Origin: an uncultured Janthinobacterium sp.
Lineage (GTDB): Bacteria > Vulcanimicrobiota > Vulcanimicrobiia > Vulcanimicrobiales > Vulcanimicrobiaceae
Reading direction: 5' to 3'
Length of the DNA stretch: 27,767 nucleotides
Assembly (NCBI GenBank): GCA_964658025.1
Contig: CAZZXB010000022.1
Span: 1-27,767 of the forward strand
Under the pieces are notes generated by a model. That model did not search any database, was not told the origin of the DNA, and saw only the letters and a list, made by a program, of their open reading frames with translations. The position numbers and the translations under genes were made by a program. This document shows, piece after piece, positions 8,102-17,229 of the stretch. Within the stretch, counting starts at the first letter, position 1. Each line of letters begins with the position of its first letter.

Positions 8102-9148
8102 CTATCGCGACCCCCGAGCGGCGAGCCCTCGGACCGCGGGCCGGAGGACGGTCCGCCACGTCGCCCGCGCGAGACGCGTCGCGGCGCGTCCGGCGCGACA
8201 ATCCGCGCATGCGAACGCGCCGATCGTGGCGGCGTCGCGAACCGAGAATCGCTCGCGCTGCGCCGACGCGAGGATGGTGCGCGCGGCGGCGTAGTTCGCG
8301 AGTCGCGCGTGCAGGTTCGCCGCCTCGCGTTGCTGCGCGCGACGGACCTCGCGGAACGCTTCCGCCGCCCCCGGCGCGTACCGATCGGGCGCCTCGGCGA
8401 CGCGTTCGCCGAGGATCACGTCACCGAGACGGACGACGGCGCGGGCGTCGGCCTGGCGATTCGGCGAACGCACGTAGTGCGAGACGACGCGCTCGATCGC
8501 GACCGCATCCGCGTGACGGAGCACGCGCAGGTACCATTCCACGTCCTCGCTCACCTGATGCGCCGCGGTGCGCAGCGGCAACGCTTCGTCGAAGCGCAGA
8601 TCGTGCGCCCGGACGAGCTCGCGGCGCACGACGATCGTGCTGGTCGCGAGAAAGTTTCCGTACGCGAGCGCGCGTGCGAGATCGCCGCGCGCGATCTCGA
8701 CGATGCCGGGTGCGAGAGCGCCGCGCGCCAGGGCGAGGTAGCGCGGCGTCGCGCGCAGATGCGACGGGGCGTTGGGGACGCCGTCTTCATCGATCGTGTG
8801 ATCGGCAAAAAAAAAGGCACCGTCCGGGCGCGCGACGCGCGCGCGTTCGAACCAGGCGAGACGCTCGGGCTCCCAGAGGTCGTCGCCGTCGAGCAGCGCC
8901 ACGTAATCGCCGCGGGCCTCGGCGAGCCCCCGGTTGCGCGCGGCGGAGATTCCGCGATTGGCCTGCCGCACGACGCGCGCGCCGAAACCCTCCGCGATCT
9001 CGGCCGTCCGATCGGTCGACCCGTCGTCGACGACGACGATCTCGAACGGCGGACGCGTCTGCGCGCGCACGCTCGCGAGCGTCGCGGCGAGATGCGCCTC
9101 TTCGTTGAACGCCGGCACGAGCACGGTGACGCGCGCCTCAGCGGACAC
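8102..9148 (-). CDS. GT2 glycosyltransferase
   Basis: VTVLVPAFNE, VVDDGSTD, NRGISAARNRG, LLDGDDLW and SED motifs. Confidence 0.92.
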   Translation of the reverse strand: MSAEARVTVLVPAFNEEAHLAATLASVRAQTRPPFEIVVVDDGSTDRTAEIAEGFGARVVRQANRGISAARNRGLAEARGDYVALLDGDDLWEPERLAWFERARVARPDGAFFFADHTIDEDGVPNAPSHLRATPRYLALARGALAPGIVEIARGDLARALAYGNFLATSTIVVRRELVRAHDLRFDEALPLRTAAHQVSEDVEWYLRVLRHADAVAIERVVSHYVRSPNRQADARAVVRLGDVILGERVAEAPDRYAPGAAEAFREVRRAQQREAANLHARLANYAAARTILASAQRERFSVRDAATIGAFACADCRAGRAATRLARATWRTVLRPAVRGLAARGSR

Positions 9149-10493
9149 GGCGCCGCTCCGCGAGCCCGACGAGCGCGAGCGGCATCGTGTACGCGAGCCA
9201 ATAATATTTGATGAAGATCGTGTCGAGAAAGAACGCCTGCGAGAAGAGTCCGAGGATCGCGGCCTCGCTCGCGACGCGTAACCCGAAGAGCGGATCGTTC
9301 GCGCCGATCCGTCGCGCCTCGCGGAACGTCCGCCACCACGCGTACATCACGAGCGCGAGACCGACGACGCCGTACTCCGTGAGCGTGCCGACGACGATGC
9401 TGTGGCTCGGACGCGACCAGCCCTGGAACACCGGTTGGAACGTCTGCAAGAGCGCGCGATCGTAGAACGTCGCGAACGAGCCGATGCCGCCGCCGAAGAG
9501 CCAATGGTCGCCGAACGAATGCATCCCGGTTTGCCAGATGAACGTCCGGCCGCTCCCCGATCCCGCCGCCGACGGATCGTTCGCGAATCGCGCCCAGACC
9601 GAGGGGAAGAATGCCGTGAGCGCGAGACCCAAGCCGCAGAAGCCGAGCGCGACGAACCGATGCCGACTCCGAAAGACGAAGTAGGCGAAGACGATGAGGA
9701 TCGCGATGAAGCCGCCGCGCGAACCCGAGACGAGACTCCCCGCCGTCGCGAGCAGCGCGGCGCCCGCGCACGCGATGCGGACGAGCGGCGCGCGCGCGTA
9801 GAACGCCCCGCCCATCGCGAAGGCGATCGGCAGGACGAAGCTCGTGGCGAAGTAGTTCGGATCGATCGTCAGTCCGGAATCGGTGCTCAGCGAGATGCGA
9901 TTCTCGGAGTTCACGGCGCCCGATTGGTAGAGATGGACCGAATAGAGCGCGGCGGCGACGCCGCTCGCGACGATCGTCGCGACGAGTCCGCGGATCTCGG
10001 TTTTCGTCGCGGGATACATCGCGACGATCGTCATCATGAGAAAGAGCGAGATCGTCTGCTGGAACACGATCTTCGCCGTGTCCTGATCGGGCGTCCAGAG
10101 AAACGAGAGGATCGTGTAGCCGACGAACGCGAGCCACGCGAACCACGCCGCTCCGGGACGCTCGACGCGCCGCAGGAAGAGCATCCGCGAGAGGAGCGCG
10201 ACGCCGGCGAAGATCGCGACGAGACGCGTGATCGTCGCGCCGCTCGAGAGCATGAGGATCGAGTCGAACGGCACGAGCACGACGTACGCGCCGAACGGAA
10301 AGACGAGCGGCGCGCGAAACGTGACGTACGCCGCGAGCGGGAGGAGCGCGAGCACGGCGAGCCCGACCGGATGGAATTCGCCGAAGGCGTTCTGCACGTG
10401 GACGACGCCGTACGCCAAGAGCGCGAGATACGCGACGACGAGCGCGTAGACGACCGGGTGGACGGGGCGCCGCGTCCGATGCGAGGCGATCAT
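9138..10493 (-). CDS. O-antigen ligase/Wzy-like polysaccharide polymerase
   Basis: Polytopic; DPNYFA, SGSRGG, SGRTFIW, FGGGIGSF, HS...EYGVVG (Wzy_C pattern). Start ATG 10493 avoids overlap with the upstream gene. Confidence 0.88.
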   Translation of the reverse strand: MIASHRTRRPVHPVVYALVVAYLALLAYGVVHVQNAFGEFHPVGLAVLALLPLAAYVTFRAPLVFPFGAYVVLVPFDSILMLSSGATITRLVAIFAGVALLSRMLFLRRVERPGAAWFAWLAFVGYTILSFLWTPDQDTAKIVFQQTISLFLMMTIVAMYPATKTEIRGLVATIVASGVAAALYSVHLYQSGAVNSENRISLSTDSGLTIDPNYFATSFVLPIAFAMGGAFYARAPLVRIACAGAALLATAGSLVSGSRGGFIAILIVFAYFVFRSRHRFVALGFCGLGLALTAFFPSVWARFANDPSAAGSGSGRTFIWQTGMHSFGDHWLFGGGIGSFATFYDRALLQTFQPVFQGWSRPSHSIVVGTLTEYGVVGLALVMYAWWRTFREARRIGANDPLFGLRVASEAAILGLFSQAFFLDTIFIKYYWLAYTMPLALVGLAERRRVR

Positions 10494-10500
10494 GGCGAGA

Positions 10501-10872
10501 TCAGGCGACGCCACGCTCGATCTGCGAGAGCGTATCGCGGAGCGCCGCGAGGAGGCCCTCCTCGGCGTCGTTCTTCGAGCAGACCGCACTCGCGCCCGAG
10601 ATCACGCACGACGCGGCGAAGAGCGGATCTTCGGATTCCGAAAACGCGATGACGGCGACGTTTTTCGCGGCGTCGCGGATGTGGCAGATCGCGGTCGGCC
10701 CGCCGCGCTCGAAATAATCGACGTCGACGAACACGGCGGCGGGGGCGTGCGTCGTGAGATCCTTCCGATCGATCTCGCGGCTCGTCGCGACGACGTCGAG
10801 CCCCGCGGTCGAGAGCACGCGCCGGAGGAACGGGACGAACACCGTCTGCGGTTCGATCAGGTACGTGCGCAC
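10501..10872 (-). CDS. Stand-alone atypical receiver (REC) domain protein
   Basis: CheY-like pattern: beta1 YLIEP (no DD), beta3 VFVD (Asp kept), beta4 IAFS, SGA...SK. AAAGG RBS before the GTG. Confidence 0.78.
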   Translation of the reverse strand: MRTYLIEPQTVFVPFLRRVLSTAGLDVVATSREIDRKDLTTHAPAAVFVDVDYFERGGPTAICHIRDAAKNVAVIAFSESEDPLFAASCVISGASAVCSKNDAEEGLLAALRDTLSQIERGVA

Positions 10873-10903
10873 GATTGGAGCCTTTCGGGGCGTCGTTAGA
10901 AGA

Positions 10904-11560
10904 TTAGCTGACGATGCCGTTACGGACGGCGTAGACGGCGATCCCGGAGCGGGCGTTCACCTTGAGCTTCGCGAGCACGTGACTGACGTGGTTCTTGACG
11001 GTCTTCTCCGAGAGCGAGAGGCGCTCGCCGATCTCGCGATTGGAGAGCCCGTCGGCGATGAGTCGGACGATCTCGAACTCGCGACCCGAGAGTTCTTTTT
11101 GATCCGTGGTCCGTCCCGTCCGACGTCGCAGCATCGCGCCCGCGATGCGCGGGTCGGCGTAATATTCGCCGCGCGCGACCGAATGCACGATGTCGATCAT
11201 GAGGCTCGCCGAGGTGTCTTTCACGACGAACGCCGCGGCCTTGGCCGCGAGCGCCCGCTGCATCACGCGCGGGCGATGTTGGGCCGAGAGCACGAGCACG
11301 CGCGTCTGCGGCGACGCGCTCTCGCAGGCGTCGATCGCTTCTTCGACCGTTTCGGCGATCTCGTCGACGTCGAGGACGACGATATCCGGGCGCAGTTCCG
11401 CGAGCGTCGCACGATCGACGCCCGACGAGTCGCCGACGACCGAGAGCGACGCGTCGAGGGCGTACACGTGCCGGAGCGCCTCGACGACGAGGCGCCGCGG
11501 TTCGACGATGAACACGCGGACGGGCTGACGCGGACGCGCGTACGGTCGGTGCGGATGCAT
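10904..11560 (-). CDS. NarL/LuxR-family response regulator with atypical receiver
   Basis: REC domain (FIVEP, VVLD, VLS, VVKD) plus LuxR HTH LSGREFEIVRLIADGLSNREIGERLSLSEKTVKNHVSHVLAKL. Confidence 0.93.
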   Translation of the reverse strand: MHPHRPYARPRQPVRVFIVEPRRLVVEALRHVYALDASLSVVGDSSGVDRATLAELRPDIVVLDVDEIAETVEEAIDACESASPQTRVLVLSAQHRPRVMQRALAAKAAAFVVKDTSASLMIDIVHSVARGEYYADPRIAGAMLRRRTGRTTDQKELSGREFEIVRLIADGLSNREIGERLSLSEKTVKNHVSHVLAKLKVNARSGIAVYAVRNGIVS

Positions 11561-13743
11561 TACGCGCGCGGCTCCGCGGGAAGGGCGAGGGTCTGTCCCC
11601 CGCCGAGGTAGTAGTTCGTCGCGGTCTCGCGCTTGTCGGGACGCGTGGCGTTGAGCACGACGCCGAGCAGATTGATGCCGTCCACGGAACGCAACTTGTC
11701 GATCGCGCCGCGGACGTCGCGCGCGCCGGATTGCGCCGCGGAGACGACGAGGACCGTCCCTTCCGCTTTGATCCCGAGCACGACGCCGTCGACGATCGAA
11801 CGGAGCGCCGGCGCGTCGATGAGCACGTAATCGAACTGCTCGCGCGCCTGACGTAAGAGACGATCGAACGCCTCGCCTTGGAGCAGGCCGACGGGATTGG
11901 GCGCCGGTCGTCCGCTCGGTAACACGAAGACGCGCGCGTGTTCCGTGCCGACGATCGCATCCTGGAGGCGCGTCACGCCGACGAGCACGTCGGAGACGCC
12001 CGACTCGTTGCGCAGGTCCATCTTCTGATGGATCGTCGGGCGGCGCAGGTCCGCGTCGATGACGAGCACGCGCGCGTTCATGAGCGCGAGGCTCACCGCC
12101 GTGTTCACGACGACCGACGACTTTCCGTCGCCCTGCGAGGCGCTCGTGAACGCGATCGTGCGCGGCGGATGCGCGGACGAATAACGCAGCGACGCGACGA
12201 GTTGGTAGAACGACTCGACCGAGAGCGGCTTGAGCCAGTCGTCGTCGCCGCGCGAATCGACGAGCGGGATCGTCGCGAGGACGGGGAGCCCGAGTCGCTC
12301 CTTGACGTCGTCTTCGGTGCGAAAGCGATCGTCGATGAATTCGGCGACGAAGATCGCGGCGATCGCGAGGGCGAGCCCGAGCACGATGCCGAGCGCGAGG
12401 TTGAACGGCGCGTTCGGCGACTCGCGATAGACGCTCGGATCGGCGCTCTGCGTGATCGAGACGTCGCTGAGCGCGGTCGTCCGCGAGACGAGCGCGTCTT
12501 GATACTTGCGTTGCAGCGCTTCGTACACGCTCTCGGCGGCGCGCGCTTCGCGCTGGAGATCCGTGATGCGCCGCGTCTGCCCCGGAAGCCGATCGAGTTG
12601 CGGTTGCGCCGCGGCCTTCTGCGCGCGGACGGTCGCGATCTGCGACTGCGCCGAGGCGATCGTCGCCGAGAGCGTCGCGGCCGTCTGCGAGAGCTGCTGG
12701 TACACGGGGTTGGGGATGCTCGACGTGCCGGAGACGACTTGCGACGGCTGCGTTTTCGCCTGTCGTTCCGCCGCCGCGAGCTGCGAGCGGAGCGCGATGA
12801 CGGTCGGATAGTTATCGGTGTACTGGCGACGCGCGGTTTCGAGTTGGACCTTCAGCGACGAGATCTGCGTCGCGAGTTGGCCCGAGACGGGATTCTGCGC
12901 CACGGTCTGCGCGCCGACGATCGTCTCGGGCGTCGCCGCGAGCTGTTCTTGAATCGCGCCGAGCTGCGCCTGCGCCTGCGCCGCGTCGACTTCTTCGGTT
13001 TTCTCCTTGGCGTCGAGCGCCGCGAGCGCCGCGACGGAACTCTGCGTCTGCGTCGTGAGATCGGCGATGCCGGAACGCACCTGATAGGCGGAGAGGGCGT
13101 CCTGCGCGTCGCGCATCCGACGTTCGGCGTCGGGGAGGTCGCGCTCGAGGAACGCGATCGCGCTGTCGGCTTGGTTCGAGACGAGATCGCGCTCGCGTTC
13201 GATGAACGTCGCCGCGAAGGCGTTCGCGATCTTCGCCGAGGTCGCGGGATCTTTCCACGTCGCGTCGATGCCGAGGATCGCGGTATCGGTGACGGGCTTC
13301 ACCTGGACGTGCGTGAGCAGATCCGCGGGCGAGATGCCGAGCTTGAGTTCTTTCGCGACGGCTTGCGCGACCGGCGCCTGCTGGATGAGTTCCGCGTAGG
13401 TCGCCGCGCTCTGCACGCCCGTCGCCGCGAGCAGGGCGTTGAGGACCGGCAGGTTGGTTCCGACGTTATTGGTTTGATCGACCGTGCTGTTACTGCTGGT
13501 CGCGCCGGCGATCAACTTGACCTGCGTCGTGTATTTCTTGTGCTGCAAGAACGTGAAGAGCGCGACGGCGACGACGAACCCGAGCCAGACCGAGAGCAAG
13601 AGTTTGCGACGGCGCAGGACGACTTTCCAGAGCCGGTGCGGATCGATGTCGCGACCGCTCGCGGCGGAGAAGCCGCTCGGATCGAAGGGCGCGGGCGCCG
13701 CGACGCGCGTGAAGGGGGTGATGTCGGAGCCACGATTCAACAT
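11560..13743 (-). CDS. wzc: Wzc polysaccharide co-polymerase / BY-kinase
   Basis: Two TMs flank a coiled-coil region; Walker A SASQGDGKS, A' VIDADLRRP, B LIDAP; C-terminal NYY. Confidence 0.93.
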   Translation of the reverse strand: MLNRGSDITPFTRVAAPAPFDPSGFSAASGRDIDPHRLWKVVLRRRKLLLSVWLGFVVAVALFTFLQHKKYTTQVKLIAGATSSNSTVDQTNNVGTNLPVLNALLAATGVQSAATYAELIQQAPVAQAVAKELKLGISPADLLTHVQVKPVTDTAILGIDATWKDPATSAKIANAFAATFIERERDLVSNQADSAIAFLERDLPDAERRMRDAQDALSAYQVRSGIADLTTQTQSSVAALAALDAKEKTEEVDAAQAQAQLGAIQEQLAATPETIVGAQTVAQNPVSGQLATQISSLKVQLETARRQYTDNYPTVIALRSQLAAAERQAKTQPSQVVSGTSSIPNPVYQQLSQTAATLSATIASAQSQIATVRAQKAAAQPQLDRLPGQTRRITDLQREARAAESVYEALQRKYQDALVSRTTALSDVSITQSADPSVYRESPNAPFNLALGIVLGLALAIAAIFVAEFIDDRFRTEDDVKERLGLPVLATIPLVDSRGDDDWLKPLSVESFYQLVASLRYSSAHPPRTIAFTSASQGDGKSSVVVNTAVSLALMNARVLVIDADLRRPTIHQKMDLRNESGVSDVLVGVTRLQDAIVGTEHARVFVLPSGRPAPNPVGLLQGEAFDRLLRQAREQFDYVLIDAPALRSIVDGVVLGIKAEGTVLVVSAAQSGARDVRGAIDKLRSVDGINLLGVVLNATRPDKRETATNYYLGGGQTLALPAEPRA

Positions 13744-13752
13744 GCGATCGCC

Positions 13753-14778
13753 CTAGAAGAACACGAGGTGTCGGAGGAAGAGCAACGCGTCGCCGACGCC
13801 GCCCGCGGACCCGTTCTTGCGCCCCTGGGGGACGTAGACGAGATCGCCTTTTTGCAGCTTCATATCTTTGGACGGATCGCCGCCCTTGATGATCTCGTAG
13901 AGGTTCACGTTCGTCGTCGACGTCGTTCCGTCGGCCGCCGCGCGCGTGACCGTGATGTGGTTGAGATCGGGATTGGCGTTCGTGCTCGTCCCCGCGCGGG
14001 CCACGGCCATCGCGATGTCGTCGCCTTCGTGCAACACGACGTCGCCCGGTTTGTCGACCGCGCCGAGCACGTGGACGTCGAAGAGGTTCGGCGAGGGGAC
14101 GTAGACTTCGTCGCCCGGTTGGACCGGGACGTTGAGCCCGACGTCGCCGTCGTGTAGGAGTTTCTGGAGCGAGACGGTCGACACGCCGCCCGCCGACGAC
14201 TGGATGCGGGCGTCGGGGAGATCGCCGTCCGTCGGTCCGAGGCCGCCCGCGGCCGCGATCACGTCCGTGAGTTTGGCGGGCGGGGTGAGCACGTACTTGC
14301 CCGGCGCCCTGACGTTGCCGAGCACGAGCGTCTCGATCGGCGCGACCGTGAAGAGCGCGATCGTGACGCGCGGATCGCGCAGGTACCGTTGCAACTTGCG
14401 CGCGACGACCGCGCCGGCTTGGCTCGGCGTCCGACCGCCGACGATCACCTCGCCGACGAGCGGGATCTCCACGGCGCCGCCGGGGAGCACCCGCAGGGGC
14501 TGTTGCGGCGAGAGCGTCGTCTCGCCGTAGACGCTGAGCGTGATCTCGTCGCCCGGCCGTAACTTGTAGTTCGAACCGACCGTCGGGATCGCGCCCGTCG
14601 AGCCGTAGCTCGAGGCGGGCGCGGCCGCCGCGGGCGCCGGCGCCGGAGCCGACGGATCCGCTTCCTGCGCCGCGGCGGGTCGGGACGCGGCGAGCGCCGC
14701 GGCGACGACCGTCGCCAGAGCGACGGCGCGACCGGCGGCGACGAAGCGCGCCCGGAGATCGGTATGGGACGGTTGCAT
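13753..14778 (-). CDS. wza: Wza/OPX polysaccharide export protein with SLBB domains
   Basis: YKLRPGDEITLSV and IPLVGEV (Poly_export), two SLBB repeats (VLGNVRAPG, VLGAVDKPG), LQKGDLVYVP. Start ATG 14778 has GGAG upstream; 14793 is an alternative. Confidence 0.9.
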   Translation of the reverse strand: MQPSHTDLRARFVAAGRAVALATVVAAALAASRPAAAQEADPSAPAPAPAAAAPASSYGSTGAIPTVGSNYKLRPGDEITLSVYGETTLSPQQPLRVLPGGAVEIPLVGEVIVGGRTPSQAGAVVARKLQRYLRDPRVTIALFTVAPIETLVLGNVRAPGKYVLTPPAKLTDVIAAAGGLGPTDGDLPDARIQSSAGGVSTVSLQKLLHDGDVGLNVPVQPGDEVYVPSPNLFDVHVLGAVDKPGDVVLHEGDDIAMAVARAGTSTNANPDLNHITVTRAAADGTTSTTNVNLYEIIKGGDPSKDMKLQKGDLVYVPQGRKNGSAGGVGDALLFLRHLVFF

Positions 14779-14800
14779 GATCGACTCCAACATACGGGTT

Positions 14801-16075
14801 TCAGCCCGCGACACGAAGCGACTCATCGGCCCTTGTCGTGGGACTTAGGTCCCCCTCCTTCGCGTGACTCCCTCGGTACCACGGGGCCGAGGCGAGCAAG
14901 AGCGAGGCGAGTTCCTCGGTTGTAGCGTCGGTCGAAAAATCGCGGAGCACACGTTCCCGGCCGCGGGTGCCGTATCGGGCGCGAAGCGCGGGATCGCGCA
15001 GCAGGTCCTCGAGCGCCGCCGCGAGCGCGCTCGGATCCGCCTGCGGGACGAGCGTTCCGTCCGACGCATCGGTAACGAGTTCGGGGATGCTTCCGGTTCG
15101 CGTCGCGACCACCGGGAGGCCCGCGGCCATCGCCTCCATGAGCGCGACCGGGATACCCTCGTGTTCGCCGTCGCGTTCGGTACTCGCGAGAACCGCGAGA
15201 TCGTAGGCGCCGCTCTCGAGCCGCGCCACGAGATCCGCGTGGGGCACGTTGCCGAGGATCGTCACCCGATCGCCGAGATCGTACCGTGCCACGAGCGCCG
15301 CGACGTCGGCCGCGATCTCGCCGTCGCCCGCGAGATCGCAGGCGAACGCGACGCCGCGGTCGCGGAGCAGCGCGAGGGCGGCGAGCAGATAGCGATGCCC
15401 CTTCCAGACGCACATCCGCGCGGCGCAGAGGATCCGCGGGATCGCGCGCGGCGGCGCGTCCGCGGCCGCGCGCGGCAACGCGACGCCGAGATGGACGGCG
15501 ACGCACTTCGCGCGCAGTTCCGGCGGCACGAGCGCGCGCAGGTGGTCGCGATTGCGCTCCGAGATGACGCGCACGAACGTCGCCGCTCGGACCTTCGGGA
15601 CGGTGAGGTTGTCGTAGAAGATGTCGTGCTGGTGCGCCGTGATGCTGAACGGGATGCCCGTGAGTCGCGAGGCGACGTAGACGATGGTCGCGGAACTCGT
15701 CATCCAGTTCACGTGCACGTGCTCGATCTCGAGTCGGCGCAGCTCCGACGCGAGCGCGAGCGCCTTCGGGAAGAGCACGAGGTTGACCGCGCGCGCGCGG
15801 AGCGCCGACGGCGCGAACGCGATCGACGCGAACGCACGCAGCGCGGCGCGCGGCGCGCGCGCGAACTCCCGCGCGGCGAGGCGCGCCACGTGCCCGTCGA
15901 GCAGGCCGAGATAGTGGGCGCGCGCGCGGAGCGCGGGATAGCGATTCGTCGCGTCGGTCGCGCGCGTCGGGATCACCGTCACGTCGAACGTGTCGGCGAG
16001 CGAATCGATCTCGGGTTCGAAGAATTGCTCGGCGAAGGCGAACGGCATCCGCGCCGTGACGTATGCGAGTTTCAC
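14801..16075 (-). CDS. GT4 glycosyltransferase (WcaL-like)
   Basis: HVHVNW, PFSITAHQHDI, ARMCVWKG, EGIPVALMEAMAAGLPVV (E-x7-E). GTG 16075 overlaps the upstream TGA (GTGA coupling). Confidence 0.9.
   Translation of the reverse strand: MKLAYVTARMPFAFAEQFFEPEIDSLADTFDVTVIPTRATDATNRYPALRARAHYLGLLDGHVARLAAREFARAPRAALRAFASIAFAPSALRARAVNLVLFPKALALASELRRLEIEHVHVNWMTSSATIVYVASRLTGIPFSITAHQHDIFYDNLTVPKVRAATFVRVISERNRDHLRALVPPELRAKCVAVHLGVALPRAAADAPPRAIPRILCAARMCVWKGHRYLLAALALLRDRGVAFACDLAGDGEIAADVAALVARYDLGDRVTILGNVPHADLVARLESGAYDLAVLASTERDGEHEGIPVALMEAMAAGLPVVATRTGSIPELVTDASDGTLVPQADPSALAAALEDLLRDPALRARYGTRGRERVLRDFSTDATTEELASLLLASAPWYRGSHAKEGDLSPTTRADESLRVAG
14840..14854. promoter_or_regulatory. DosR/NarL-family-like palindromic operator, copy 2 (GGGAC-TTAG-GTCCC)
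   Basis: Perfect 5-4-5 inverted repeat 62 nt upstream of the wza ATG; 14-bp identity with 2815-2828. Confidence 0.6.
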
Positions 16076-17169
16076 TTCGGCGCGGCGGGGACGAGCCCGA
16101 GGTAGAGCTCGCGGTGCGCGCGCACGCAGCGCGCGAGATCGAAGCGACGGACGGCGTAGGCGCGCGCGCGTTTCGCGATCCCGGCGAGCAGGAGCGCGTC
16201 TTCCGCCCGCGCGAGCGCGCGCGCGAACGCGTCGACGTCGGATGCGGTCGCGACGAGCGCGGTCTCGCCGTCGGCGACGAACTCCGTCACCCCGGCCCAC
16301 GGCGTCGTGACGACCGGCACCCCGGCGAGCATCGCCTCGCCGAGCGCGAGCGGCATGCGCTCCCAGACCGAGGGCAACAGAAAGAGATCCATCGCGCGTC
16401 CGAGCGTCGCCGCGTCGTCGCGAAAGCCGAGAAATTCGATGCGCGACGAGAGTTCGAGACGTTCGACGAGCGCGCGCAACTCGAGTTCGTCGGGTCCGAC
16501 GCCCGCGAGATAGAGCCGTCGCGTCGGATCGTCGCGCCAGCGCCGTGCGAACGCGCGGATCGCGAGCTGCTGATTCTTCTGCGCGGCGAGCCGCGCGGGG
16601 AGATAGACGGCGAAGGTCTCGGGCGCGATCCCGAGCGACGCGCGTAGCGCGTTCCGGTCGGCGGCGGGCGGCTCCGCGACGCCGTTGGGGATGACGACGA
16701 TCCGCTCGACGGGCACGCCCTCGCGCCGCGCGAGCGCCGCGCGTTGGGCTTCGCCGAACACGACGAAGCGCGCGGTTCTGGCGCGCAGGATCCGGTCGGC
16801 CGTCGCGCGGACGAAACCGCCCGGCTCCTCGCCGTGCTCGGTGAACACGATCGTCGGAACCCCCGCCGCGACGGCCGCCGCGCGTCCCGCATACTTTCCG
16901 GCATGGAGATGCGCGTGGACGACGTCGGGCCGCAGGTCGCGCACCTTCGCGACGAGCCGCGGAAAAAATCCGAGATCGGCACGGCCGCGGCGCGCGATCG
17001 CGTGAACGGGAACGCCGAGCGCCGCGCGCTCCTGCGCGCTCAGGCCGTCGTCGTAGATCGAGACGACGTGCACGTCGACGTCGCCCCGCGCGAGACCGGA
17101 GCAGAGCGCCCGCACGAGCGTCTCCGCGCCGCCTTTTTTGAGATGTTGCACGACGTGGACGACGCGCAC
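16072..17169 (-). CDS. GT4 glycosyltransferase
   Basis: VRVVHVV...GGAE, PDVVHAH, FTEHG, IPNGV, ARLAAQKN, ERMPLALGEAM. Start GTG 17169; the longer track ORF runs antisense over the next gene. Confidence 0.9.
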   Translation of the reverse strand: MRVVHVVQHLKKGGAETLVRALCSGLARGDVDVHVVSIYDDGLSAQERAALGVPVHAIARRGRADLGFFPRLVAKVRDLRPDVVHAHLHAGKYAGRAAAVAAGVPTIVFTEHGEEPGGFVRATADRILRARTARFVVFGEAQRAALARREGVPVERIVVIPNGVAEPPAADRNALRASLGIAPETFAVYLPARLAAQKNQQLAIRAFARRWRDDPTRRLYLAGVGPDELELRALVERLELSSRIEFLGFRDDAATLGRAMDLFLLPSVWERMPLALGEAMLAGVPVVTTPWAGVTEFVADGETALVATASDVDAFARALARAEDALLLAGIAKRARAYAVRRFDLARCVRAHRELYLGLVPAAPK

Positions 17170-17229
17170 GCGTTTTTTCGCGGCCGGGCGGGAGAGCGCG
17201 GACGCCGCCGTGCCGATACCGTCCTTAGC

